From: Candidatus Aenigmatarchaeota archaeon
GTDB lineage: Archaea > Aenigmatarchaeota > Aenigmatarchaeia > Aenigmatarchaeales > JAHLMS01
Assembly (NCBI GenBank): GCA_018920245.1
Contig: JAHLMS010000001.1
Location: 9,431 to 63,871 of the forward strand
Direction: 5' to 3'
DNA: 54,441 nucleotides
This document shows positions 1 to 8,570 of the stretch, piece by piece. Under the pieces are notes generated by a model that was not told where the DNA came from, did not search any database, and worked only from the letters and a program-made list of their open reading frames with translations. The position numbers and the translations under genes are program-made. Numbering within the stretch: position 1 is the first letter of the stretch; each line of letters starts with the position of its first letter.

Positions 1-759
1 TGTTTTGCAAACTCTGTAATTGGGGCAAGGACAAACAGAGAAGGGGGACCTTCCGCACTTGCTGCTGCGCTTACAGGAAAGACTCCCAATTTCGGTCTTC
101 ATCTCGATGAAAACAGACAGGCCCAGATAGTTGTCAATGCCGAAACAGAAATCAAAGATCATGAATGGGCAGCACTTGGCCTTGCTATAGGCAAGGAAAT
201 AGGAAACAAGATACCATTGATAAGGGGAATCAAAGATGCAACGATAGAAGAGCTGAAACTTTTCAGTGCATCCATTGCGACCTATGGTGGAACTGCAATG
301 TTCCACATAGATGGTATAACACCAAATAGAACGGATATACCATCCGAGACATTGAGTATTGAAAAGGATGACATAAACTCCGCACATAACGAATTGAATG
401 ATGAGTGCGAACCGGACTTTGTTGGAATAGGTTGTCCGCACTGTTCGATAACTGAGCTTGCCAAAATAGCAAGACTTCTCAAAGGCAGGAAGGTTTCAAT
501 AGCCACATGGATATTCACAGCGAGACAAACAAAAGCACTAGCAGATATCAGAGGATATACATCAGATATTGAAGCTAGTGGTGCGAAATTAGTTTGTGAT
601 ACGTGTATGGCTGTTGCACCATTGAAGGGAAGATTTAGGTGTCTTGCTACTAATTCGGCAAAGGCATGTTTCTATGGAAGGGGTTCGAACAGTTTTAAGA
701 CGAGATTTGGAAGCCTTGAACGTTGCATAAACGCGGCGGTGAGCGGAAAATGGAAATAA
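1..759 (+). CDS. Aconitase X catalytic-domain protein (DUF521). Probable phosphomevalonate dehydratase large subunit of the archaeal mevalonate pathway. The 5' end is cut by the window edge.
   Basis: Frame 1 is open from nt 1 (CFANSVIGARTNREGGPSALAAALTGKTPNFGLHL...) and runs into the listed 217..759 ORF. The sequence is AcnX-like. It overlaps the following DUF126 swivel-domain gene by 10 nt. Confidence 0.75.
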   Translation, partial: CFANSVIGARTNREGGPSALAAALTGKTPNFGLHLDENRQAQIVVNAETEIKDHEWAALGLAIGKEIGNKIPLIRGIKDATIEELKLFSASIATYGGTAMFHIDGITPNRTDIPSETLSIEKDDINSAHNELNDECEPDFVGIGCPHCSITELAKIARLLKGRKVSIATWIFTARQTKALADIRGYTSDIEASGAKLVCDTCMAVAPLKGRFRCLATNSAKACFYGRGSNSFKTRFGSLERCINAAVSGKWK

Positions 760-1136
760 AAGGAAGAACAATTTCCAAAGGTGTAGCCGTAGGGGAGGCA
801 CTTGTAACCTCACAACAGATATCATTCTATGGCGGCGTTGATCCGGATAGCGGCATTGTTGTTGAAAAGGGTCACGAACTGGAAGGCAAATGTATAGCAG
901 AAAAGGTACTTGTGTTCCCATCCGGAAAGGGCTCAACAGTAGGCTCATACACGCTCTATAGATTGAGGAAAAACAACAAAGCGCCCGCAGCAATAATAAA
1001 CAAAGAGTGCGATCCTGTAGTTGCTGTAGGTGCAATAATATCAGGGATACCGCTCATTGATAAGATTGAAGCAAAAATAAAAAATGGTGACATGCTAAAG
1101 GTTGACGCGAATAGGGGAATAATAACAGTCCTCTAA
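750..1136 (+). CDS. Aconitase X swivel-domain protein (DUF126). Probable phosphomevalonate dehydratase small subunit.
   Basis: MEIKGRTISKGVAVGEALVT...FYGGVDPDSG...FPSGKGSTVGSY is typical of DUF126. I prefer the ATG at 750 over the ORF-track start at 723. It is translationally coupled to the upstream AcnX gene. Confidence 0.75.
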   Translation: MEIKGRTISKGVAVGEALVTSQQISFYGGVDPDSGIVVEKGHELEGKCIAEKVLVFPSGKGSTVGSYTLYRLRKNNKAPAAIINKECDPVVAVGAIISGIPLIDKIEAKIKNGDMLKVDANRGIITVL

Positions 1137-1936
1137 GCATGAATTATTGTACCGAGACCTTTCTCGCCAAGCAACGCGCGTTTCAGGCAATCGGGTCTGC
1201 CCGCATTAACAATTTCTGATTCGATACCAAGCTTGGCAAGCTCGAGCAGCCGTTCTATTTTGTGCAACATCCCACCCGTGACATCAATACCTGCCGCACC
1301 ACCAAGATATTTTTTCACTTCGCAAAAATTTTCAGGTGTTATGAGCGGTATCAACTTTGCGTTCTTATCCTTGTGCGGGTCAGCTGTGAAGACACCGTCT
1401 ACATTACCGGCAACTATTACACGCTGTGGTCTAAATACTTGTATAAGATAGTCTATCAACAGCTCTGTGGATGCAATTGAACAGCCTTTATCCAAATCAA
1501 GCACAACATCTCCGTAGAAAACTGGCAGCATGTTGTGTTTCAACATCTCTGCTATGGGTTCCACATACCATTTGAAAATTTTGCCATCCTTCATAAACGC
1601 TGCTGCTGATGGCTGTACTGAGATGGCGTTCTCGCCTGCATCGATGAGCGCGCGAACCACTATCCGGTTCAATTGTGAAGCTGCATCCTGCACCAGAGAT
1701 ATTCCTTTTATGCTTTTTTCTGAAATTATACCATCTTTCACTCTGTATTCTTTTGCTGGAACATGTGGAAAACTGCCTCCACCATGGCCAAGCAGAATTT
1801 TGAGATTTTTGTTAGCCATGCGCGCAGCATGTATCTCTGCTGCAAGACGGTTTATAGTATCCATGTCAGCAGTAAACGGCTTTGTCTTGTCTGTCAATAT
1901 CGAACCGCCGAGTTTAACAATCAAAAGATTTTCCAT
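1133..1936 (-). CDS. ipk: Isopentenyl phosphate kinase (amino-acid kinase fold)
   Basis: The N-terminus IVKLGGSILTDK, the motif GHGGGSFPH and the C-terminus DVTGGM are IPK-like. The gene lies in a mevalonate context. Confidence 0.85.
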   Translation of the reverse strand: MENLLIVKLGGSILTDKTKPFTADMDTINRLAAEIHAARMANKNLKILLGHGGGSFPHVPAKEYRVKDGIISEKSIKGISLVQDAASQLNRIVVRALIDAGENAISVQPSAAAFMKDGKIFKWYVEPIAEMLKHNMLPVFYGDVVLDLDKGCSIASTELLIDYLIQVFRPQRVIVAGNVDGVFTADPHKDKNAKLIPLITPENFCEVKKYLGGAAGIDVTGGMLHKIERLLELAKLGIESEIVNAGRPDCLKRALLGEKGLGTIIHA

Positions 1937-1997
1937 GTTATCTTCCTGTCCTCGCCCCTTAGAAAATTATCATCAATTACGGCAAGCAGCTCAGACA

Positions 1998-2525
1998 TTA
2001 TTTTGACCTCTGGCTTTCCAGCACTCTGTCGAGTGCAATCCTGAACCACAATGAATATTTATCAGGATTTTTGGCAACATCGACCTTAAGTTCATCGATA
2101 GGCATCCACTTGAAAGCATCTATCTCTTCAGGATTCGGTTTGGGCTCACCATCAAATGTTCCTACAAACACGTGATCAAATTCATATTCGGTCAGACCGC
2201 TGTTTGGGTCGGTCACTTTATAAATGAAGCTGAACAGCTCCTTGAGATTCGTGTCGAACCCAAATTCCTGCTTGAGTTTTCTGTGGACTGCATCTGTCAG
2301 CTCTTCTCCTTTTCTGGGATGGCTGCAACAGGCGTTGGACCACAGCCCGCCAAAATGATATTTCTTTACAGACCTTAACTGGAGGAGCATTTGCCCCTTA
2401 GAATTAAATATGAATATTGAGAAGGACCTATGAAGCTTCCCACCATCTTCATGTGCCTTGACCTTTTCTTCATAACCAATTATATTATCATTCTTATCGA
2501 CGAGAGGTATCATCTCTGGCATCAT
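1998..2525 (-). CDS. idi: Isopentenyl-diphosphate delta-isomerase, type 1 (Nudix)
   Basis: LHRSFSIFIFN..., WSNACCSHPRKGEE and TEYEFDHVF match the IDI-1 catalytic Cys/Glu motifs. The start was chosen at MMPEMIPLVD, although the ORF stays open up to 2633. Confidence 0.8.
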   Translation of the reverse strand: MMPEMIPLVDKNDNIIGYEEKVKAHEDGGKLHRSFSIFIFNSKGQMLLQLRSVKKYHFGGLWSNACCSHPRKGEELTDAVHRKLKQEFGFDTNLKELFSFIYKVTDPNSGLTEYEFDHVFVGTFDGEPKPNPEEIDAFKWMPIDELKVDVAKNPDKYSLWFRIALDRVLESQRSK

Positions 2526-2695
2526 TAATATTATTTGCTTATACTTTTTAAACTTACCTATCATTTCAGTGAATGAATATAGAAAGAAGCGTGGAATAAT
2601 CCCAACATTGCATGCTTTCCTGTGATTTTTCAATTATTACGACAATTGCCGAGCCACATTTCAGATTTAAATATTCAACTTGCAAATTGCTAACA

Positions 2696-3763
2696 ATGAC
2701 CGATGGTATTTTTAACAAGCTCGCCACACGTATTCAGAGCCGCAAACTGGACAATGTGAAGATATGCCTGAATAATAACGTCCAGAACGGCGGTTCTGCT
2801 GGATTCGAGCATGTGCGACTTATACACAAGGCATTGCCAGAGATAGACTTTGATTCTATAGACACCAGTTGCATGCTCCTCGGCAAGAAGATGGCTGCAC
2901 CAATAATAATATCCGGCATGACAGGCGGATGGCCGGGTGGAAGTTTGATAAATCGCAACCTTGCAGGCGCTGCGGAGAAGCTAGGACTTGCCTTCGGACT
3001 GGGCAGTCAGCAATCCATGGCAGAAAACACCGGCCTCAAAAGCATCTATTCCGTGCGCAATATTGCGCCATCAATACTGCTGATAGGCAACCTGGGCCTG
3101 ATTCAATTCAGCGACGGCTGGGGCGAGAAGGAAATCAAGACTGCAAAGGGTATAGGTATCGATGCGTTGGCTCTCCACCTAAACGCGGTACAAGAGTTCT
3201 GTAAACCAGAAGGAAACAGAAACTGGACTGGTTGCGCTGCTGCTCTGAAAAGGGTGTGCGCAAAATCCAGGCTGCCCATAATAGCAAAAGAGACAGGAGC
3301 CGGCATATCAGCTGAGACAGCGAGGCTATTGGAAGATGTGGGTGTGGCAGCCATTGATATTTCCGGGTTGGGAGGCACCAATTTTGCGCTCATCGAATCA
3401 TACCGTGGCAGCGCAATAGGCAAGACCTTTGCCGAATGGGGTATACCGACTGTCTGTTCATTACTAGAGGTCCGACACGCCGTGAAACTACCTTTGATTT
3501 GCTCGGGGGGTGTGCGCTCCGGATTGGATATAGCAAAGGCCATCGCACTGGGCGCTGATGCGGTCGGTATAGCCAAACCCCTTCTGAAGTCCGCACTTAG
3601 GGGCCAGGATGCCGTCATTGAGAGGCTGAAGTTGCTTATACACGAGCTAAAGACTGCAATGGCGCTGACAGGCTGCAAAAATATTTCTGAGCTCAAGAAA
3701 ACCAAATATGTCCTTACAGGCTTTGTCTATGATTGGGCGCAGCAAAGGCTAGGACAGAAATAA
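2696..3763 (+). CDS. fni: Isopentenyl-diphosphate delta-isomerase, type 2 (FMN-dependent)
   Basis: IISGMTGG, ALALHLNAVQE, IIAKETGAGIS and DISGLGGTNF are IDI-2/FMN TIM-barrel motifs. The start was chosen at MTDGIF. Confidence 0.85.
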   Translation: MTDGIFNKLATRIQSRKLDNVKICLNNNVQNGGSAGFEHVRLIHKALPEIDFDSIDTSCMLLGKKMAAPIIISGMTGGWPGGSLINRNLAGAAEKLGLAFGLGSQQSMAENTGLKSIYSVRNIAPSILLIGNLGLIQFSDGWGEKEIKTAKGIGIDALALHLNAVQEFCKPEGNRNWTGCAAALKRVCAKSRLPIIAKETGAGISAETARLLEDVGVAAIDISGLGGTNFALIESYRGSAIGKTFAEWGIPTVCSLLEVRHAVKLPLICSGGVRSGLDIAKAIALGADAVGIAKPLLKSALRGQDAVIERLKLLIHELKTAMALTGCKNISELKKTKYVLTGFVYDWAQQRLGQK

Positions 3764-3794
3764 AAACAGAAGGAAAAATAAAAATGCAAAATTC

Positions 3795-4427
3795 TCAAAC
3801 CTTTCCATAGGCCTCTGCGATAAGCGTCATCATCGTGACACCACAGATGAATGAGGCTATCGCGCTTCCCAGGAACGGTATGAAGCTGAGTATTGCTCCG
3901 AGCACTAAGGCATAGATCGTACCGACCAGCCATGCAGCAAAGTATGCGCCTGTGAAAGCCTTCTTCGCTATTGCTCTGAGCTCAAAGGCTGCACCGAAGT
4001 TGCCTTTCTCAGCATATCGCACTATCGCAGCGCTTCCAAGCAGCCAGAATATTATTCCAACCACTACTGTCACAAGCATGCCTATGCCGGCTGTTGCTAA
4101 CATCGGAATAAGGGTCATCACATTTCCTCCCATAAGTGCCGAATAGTTTCCTGAGAGTATTGTGAAACCGATTGTTAGCGCAAAGACTATCATCGCCGGT
4201 ATCATGTAGATTATTCCTATCACTAGCGCCACGATACCATTGATGAACAGGTCAAGCCAGTTCCCCCAGACAGGCAGCTTGTAGTCGCGCCTTACTGCAG
4301 ACTTGGCACAGTTCAGCAAATAGCCGATGCCGATGAAGTTCACTATCGGTATCAGCATTATCACTATGCCTATGACTAACGACTTGAAATCCTGGAAAGG
4401 CCTCTTGAAAGCGTCACTGAATGCCAT
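3795..4427 (-). CDS. DUF4013-like polytopic membrane protein
   Basis: The motif IGYLLNCAKSAVRRDYKLPVWGNWLDLF plus 4-5 hydrophobic helices. The ATG at 4427 is preceded by GGAGGTGA. Confidence 0.6.
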   Translation of the reverse strand: MAFSDAFKRPFQDFKSLVIGIVIMLIPIVNFIGIGYLLNCAKSAVRRDYKLPVWGNWLDLFINGIVALVIGIIYMIPAMIVFALTIGFTILSGNYSALMGGNVMTLIPMLATAGIGMLVTVVVGIIFWLLGSAAIVRYAEKGNFGAAFELRAIAKKAFTGAYFAAWLVGTIYALVLGAILSFIPFLGSAIASFICGVTMMTLIAEAYGKV

Positions 4428-4431
4428 GTGT

Positions 4432-5139
4432 TCACCTCCTTTGAGTTCTTTTTGAAAGGTACCAAGATGTGAATGCAAGCACAGAGAAGGGTGTCACAAA
4501 TAAAACAGACAGTATCATGCCTAATATCGGAATTATGGTAAGCACAAGAGATATTATAACGATGATAACATAGAGCACCAGAATGTCAAGATAGTTCTTC
4601 CGCACAACCCTGTAGCTCTTGCACACGCCGTCCATGACTTTGGTCTTGTCAATCACGATAGCATAGACTATAAAATTGAATAGAAGGCTGGCAAAAATTG
4701 CTGGTATTGCAAGCAATGTGGCGAGACCGATAAAGGCCATCGACTTATTAACATATCCGTATATGCCGGCAACTAAGGCAGGCACGAATAGGAGAATTGT
4801 TATAAGAATCTGGATTATAAGGCCGCCCAGCAGGGATTTCCATCGTTCACGTGCGACGTTCCACATAATCACTATTCTGGCCTTTTTCTTCAGGGCATCA
4901 CGTGCGACCGCAATGTAAGCTCCGGACAAGATTGCTCCAACAATTGCAGCCGCAGTCAAGAGTATAATCGTGCCAAACAAAAGAGGTTCTAATCCAGCTG
5001 TGGACGACATCGACGCCAGCCATATGCCTGCGCCAGCAAGTACAAGCACTACAAACAAAATCAGAAGATAGGCACCGATGAGTGGACATAGGTTCCTTTT
5101 GTATGCCGCCCACGCTTTCTTCAGGTGTTCAACAGCCAT
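4432..5139 (-). CDS. Polytopic membrane protein of unknown function
   Basis: About six hydrophobic segments. Its stop lies 4 nt upstream of the next gene's start, suggesting an operon with 3795..4427. Confidence 0.5.
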   Translation of the reverse strand: MAVEHLKKAWAAYKRNLCPLIGAYLLILFVVLVLAGAGIWLASMSSTAGLEPLLFGTIILLTAAAIVGAILSGAYIAVARDALKKKARIVIMWNVARERWKSLLGGLIIQILITILLFVPALVAGIYGYVNKSMAFIGLATLLAIPAIFASLLFNFIVYAIVIDKTKVMDGVCKSYRVVRKNYLDILVLYVIIVIISLVLTIIPILGMILSVLFVTPFSVLAFTSWYLSKRTQRR

Positions 5140-5172
5140 ACTATCAGTTATGACAACCGCCTTATAAATGTT

Positions 5173-5985
5173 TCAGAACTTATGTCCGAGCCTCTCGAAA
5201 ATCCGTTTCATCTTAAGCGCATCAGCCTCGAGCGTCGGGCCCTCAGCTATTATCGTTACATCTATCTTGCGCTTCAATATCTCTTTCGCGAGCGGCTCAA
5301 ACGGTGGATGATGATTTATAGGCGTGTGACTGATTTCATTTCCAGTGCCAGGGGCCTTTGATGAAAACTTTATGCCTTCGAAATGACAGTGTAGATGCCT
5401 GAAACGTTTTACCTTATCCAAGACTGCAGGATAATCGATTTGTCCGCCAGCGCGAGCGTATAGATGTGCCCAGTCAATGACAGGTACACATTGAGGCACT
5501 GCTTTGCAGACCTGCAATATCTCATCCACAGTTCCCCACTGGGACATTCGTCCGGTTGTTTCGATGCCAATCTTCACATGGTCAGAAAACTTCGCCAGTT
5601 TCAAGAACTTCTCTTTCATACACTCTGTCGCTTCCTCCGATTTCATTTTTCCGTACCAGCCTGCATGAACAGCGATGACTGTGGCGTCCATGGCTGACGC
5701 GCGGCTGAGCGTGTCTATTATCATCCTTTCGCTTGCTGATGCCTTCGCCTTCTCAGCGCTAGTAAGGTTGATAAAATATGGTGCATGGACGGACAGCGCG
5801 ACATCAAGCTGCTTCGCTACTGCACCAACCTCTTTTGCAGCATCGATGCTCATCTTGACGCCACGAACAAACTCGAGTTCCATAGCATTAAGGCCAAGCT
5901 CCGCGCAACGCTTCACGCCCTCAACGGATGAACCGCCTTTAGCTGAAATCGGTATGCCTGCTGGTCCGAGCCGTATGACTGCCAT
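5173..5985 (-). CDS. Endonuclease IV-like AP endonuclease (xylose isomerase-like TIM barrel)
   Basis: SVHAPYFINLTS, VIAVHAGWY, IETTG and VIDWAHLYARAGG resemble the Nfo metal-binding motifs. The start was chosen at MAVIRLGPAG. Confidence 0.6.
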   Translation of the reverse strand: MAVIRLGPAGIPISAKGGSSVEGVKRCAELGLNAMELEFVRGVKMSIDAAKEVGAVAKQLDVALSVHAPYFINLTSAEKAKASASERMIIDTLSRASAMDATVIAVHAGWYGKMKSEEATECMKEKFLKLAKFSDHVKIGIETTGRMSQWGTVDEILQVCKAVPQCVPVIDWAHLYARAGGQIDYPAVLDKVKRFRHLHCHFEGIKFSSKAPGTGNEISHTPINHHPPFEPLAKEILKRKIDVTIIAEGPTLEADALKMKRIFERLGHKF

Positions 5986-6015
5986 ATCGAAAATTCTGTG
6001 AGCTTCCAAATAAAT

Positions 6016-6177
6016 CTATTTCACGAAAAAGAACAGGACAATTTCAATCACAACAAGCGCAGCCGCGAGCGCGACGATGTGCTCTGGCTTGAGCTTGATA
6101 AGACTTTCTTCTGTTTCCTCATATCGCACCAGGCCGGCCATGCCATATGGTGCCTGTATCCTTTGCTTCTCTGCCAT
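6016..6177 (-). CDS. Preprotein translocase subunit Sec61beta (archaeal SecG). 53 aa, below the ORF-track size cutoff.
   Basis: My own translation is MAEKQRIQAPYGMAGLVRYEETEESLIKLKPEHIVALAAALVVIEIVLFFFVK. It has the GL(V/I)RY motif followed by a single C-terminal TM helix. Confidence 0.6.
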   Translation of the reverse strand: MAEKQRIQAPYGMAGLVRYEETEESLIKLKPEHIVALAAALVVIEIVLFFFVK

Positions 6178-6214
6178 AGCAACTACTTAAGCCACGAGCT
6201 ATTTAAATATTGTC

Positions 6215-6418
6215 ATGATAGTTGCCGTTAAAGTCCATCCAAACTCGAAACGATTCAAGATCGAGCAATGCGAATCATGCTTAGAGGTCTGGCTGACTGA
6301 GCCTGCAGAAAAAGGAAAGGCGAACATAGAACTTATCAAAGAACTGACGAAAAGATTTGGCAACTGCAGAATCGTGAAGGGTGTGAATTCTAAAAGGAAA
6401 ATAGTAGAGATTTATTGA
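6215..6418 (+). CDS. DUF167 (YggU-like) small protein
   Basis: VKVHPNSKRFKIE...EKGKANIELIKELTKRF matches the DUF167 pattern. Confidence 0.65.
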   Translation: MIVAVKVHPNSKRFKIEQCESCLEVWLTEPAEKGKANIELIKELTKRFGNCRIVKGVNSKRKIVEIY

Positions 6419-6459
6419 CATCTGGATATTCGGATTGAAGAAACAGAACTATTAAATTG

Positions 6460-6851
6460 GTGTGCCGGGCTTAGCCCGCCTTCTGCGAACCCTTTCTTTG
6501 GCAAAGAAGGCGTTCATGGAAAGAAACCATGACGCCAATAGCCATTTCATTAGCAGGGTTGACAGCATTCGTCTGGCCACGACGGCCAGAGGCCGTCATA
6601 GCGTTTAGCTGGGTACCCGGCCCTCCTTCATCATCAGGCCTGCTTCCCATTGCACCTTGCCAGTTTAAGCGTTTCAGCCGGAACATGTAGTGGCATTGAC
6701 GGCATTTACGCCATCGTTGCATTGTCGCTCCACTGAACGCACCCAACCCTCTCGAGTTGGTCACTTTCGTGACGGCAAGTGGCTGCGCCACTGATGGTGG
6801 ACGGAGCTTAGCTCACTGCTCGCGCAGCGATAGCTGTCTGCCCGGCTCACC
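6460..6851 (-). ncRNA. rnpB: Structured RNA, most likely RNase P RNA
   Basis: This region has no credible CDS. A terminal helix pairs GGUGAGCCGGGC with GCCCGGCAC. There is a P3-like hairpin with a GCGA loop followed by UAAGCUCCGUCC (compare GAAAGUCCGGGC). The 3' element CAGAAGGCGGGCUAAGCC resembles ACAGAACCCGGCUUA. A TATA box lies about 25 nt upstream on the minus strand. Confidence 0.5.
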
Positions 6852-6871
6852 AAAAGGATTTAAGTTTTCAT

Positions 6872-6882
6872 GGTTTAAAAAG
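6872..6882 (-). promoter_or_regulatory. TATA box (CTTTTTAAACC on the minus strand) upstream of the putative RNase P RNA
   Basis: An AT-rich TATA-like element 22-30 nt upstream of the RNA 5' helix. Confidence 0.4.
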
Positions 6883-6886
6883 TTTT

Positions 6887-7270
6887 ATGAATTTCAAAGA
6901 ATACAAACTTAACATCGATAAGCTCTGCGATTCTGAATCTATAGTCGAGCATGATCACTATTTTGCCGCGCAAGCACTCATCGATACAACAAAAGAAAAC
7001 GATGGTTCATACTGCCTTTCACGGATACAAAATTGTAAGCTGCATAACCAGGTCAAGAATCTAATATCCCTCTTCAAGAAGGGTGATGGCGTCAGCGCAA
7101 AGCTGCTAAAGATTGCCGCAATCTATCATGGTTCATGCTTCCTTGCATGTGCTCCTGTCGAACTTGATATACAAGATTTTCTCGAAGAAGGTTTAGAAGA
7201 GGTAAATTATCATCCGAACTCTGTGCAGCTCAACCAACAACTGAATATTGAAGAAGGCTGCAGTTTTTGA
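6887..7270 (+). CDS. Hypothetical protein
   Basis: An ORF of reasonable composition with no recognisable motif. Confidence 0.4.
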   Translation: MNFKEYKLNIDKLCDSESIVEHDHYFAAQALIDTTKENDGSYCLSRIQNCKLHNQVKNLISLFKKGDGVSAKLLKIAAIYHGSCFLACAPVELDIQDFLEEGLEEVNYHPNSVQLNQQLNIEEGCSF

Positions 7271-7302
7271 ATTAAAACAAATTGTGACCAGCAGAGATTT
7301 GA

Positions 7303-7323
7303 GGGGTCATAGCAGGTATCAAA
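7303..7323 (-). other. 3' strand of the 23S rRNA processing stem
   Basis: The minus-strand UUUGAUACCUGCUAUGACCCC is complementary to GGGUCAAUAGCAGGUGUCAAA at 11374..11395. Confidence 0.7.
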
Positions 7324-7652
7324 AAGCATTGGCCATTGGGGGCTCCGAGCTGAACACGTCGCCGAAGCTTCGTGCTTACACCCGAGCTCCATCAAGCGGG
7401 TCGTCTAGCCCGCGGCCATCGCCTCTTTTTCCCGGACGGTTCGGGCTTAGTTCGGCGCACTGCTACAGCTAGGTTCCTTCTGAATGCTGTAGCTAGCGCT
7501 ATGCCTTCAGCCCTTACCGCGTATCGCGTAGCTGCCCGGCATTGCCTTTCGACAACCGGTCAACCAGTGGCGACGAACGCGCGTTCCTTTCGTACTTGCG
7601 CATTCTTCGGGTCAGGCGACTCGCACCCTCGGAAGATATAAACCATACTGTC

Positions 7653-7858
7653 TTTGTCGTCTCGCGTGGGCAAACACAAAGATACTTTACCGTAACGGGT
7701 ATCATGCTCTCATAGCTAGCCATAGCTAAAGCTCGGCATGTCATCATGGTTACGATGTGTGAAAACCGGTCATAAGGGGTTTAGTTGCTCATTGCAGCTT
7801 GCGCTGCTAGCATTACTTCAGATGTTTTCATCCCGGACCGAAGACGCCCACGTCAAGA
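7653..7858 (-). other. ORF-less intron of about 206 nt in 23S rRNA. Boundaries are accurate to a few nt.
   Basis: The conserved CGUCGUGA|GACAG (E. coli ~2593-2602) is split. The insert termini are complementary (GACGUGGGC...GCCCACGC), and the exon GUCGU pairs with the intron ACGAC. Confidence 0.7.
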
Positions 7859-8414
7859 TCACGACGTATTGAACCCAGCTAACGTCCCCCTTTAATCAGT
7901 AAACCCCTGCACCCTTGGCCGCTACTGCACGGCCAGGAGGGGGGGAGCCGACAGCGAGGTAGCAACGCGCGGGGTCGATAGGAGCTCTCGCCCGCCACGA
8001 CTCTGTTATCCCCGGGGTAGCTTTTCTGAAGTTACCGATATCCATCAAGGACGCTCGGCATATCGCTAGCTCATGCTTTCGCAGCTGGATGCCTTGCTGT
8101 GCAGCATCCAGTCAAGCCGGCTTTTGCGCTTGCACTCTACTCCAGATTTCTGACCTGGATGAGCCGACCTTAGAGCACTCTTGATCTCCTGTCAAGAGTG
8201 TACCGCCCCAGCCGAGCGGCCCACCAATCGGTGTCCCCCCGAGTCGAGGGTTAGCCATGCGCCCACGAGATGGCAGTGTTACATTGTCGAGTATCCAACA
8301 TCCGAAAATGTTGGCATGACCTCTCCTGCCTACGCTATGAAATCGCAAACACACAGCAACGACAGGCTGCCGCAGAGCTCCACGGGGTCTTCTCTTCCCA
8401 CCGAGGGTCAGTGG

Positions 8415-8458
8415 CCTTCTGGCGAACGGCTAGTGAAGCCAGAAGCTCGCGCTAGCCG
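8415..8458 (-). other. Possible micro-insertion or mini-intron of about 44 nt in 23S domain IV/V
   Basis: Extra sequence CGGCUAGCGCGAGCUUCUGGCUUCACUAGCCGUUCGCCAGAAGG sits between GGUGAAAAU and CCACUGACCC...GAAGACCCCGUGGAGC, compared with the archaeal consensus as I recall it. It contains two interleaved inverted repeats. Confidence 0.35.
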
Positions 8459-8570
8459 ATTTTCACCACTATAGCAGGTTCGCCAGGTTCCAGCCCGGGA
8501 CAGCGGGGAAGTCGTTAAGCCCTTCATGCGGGTCGCCAATTAAGCGACAAGGGATTACGCTACCTTAAGC

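Noticed and set aside
6460-6851. The alternative assignment of this RNA as SRP (7S) RNA
   Set aside because: It lacks the conserved helix-8 motif (GGUCCGGAAGGAAGCAGCC-like). The 5' and 3' elements fit the RNase P helices P1-P4 better. This remains unverified without a covariance model.
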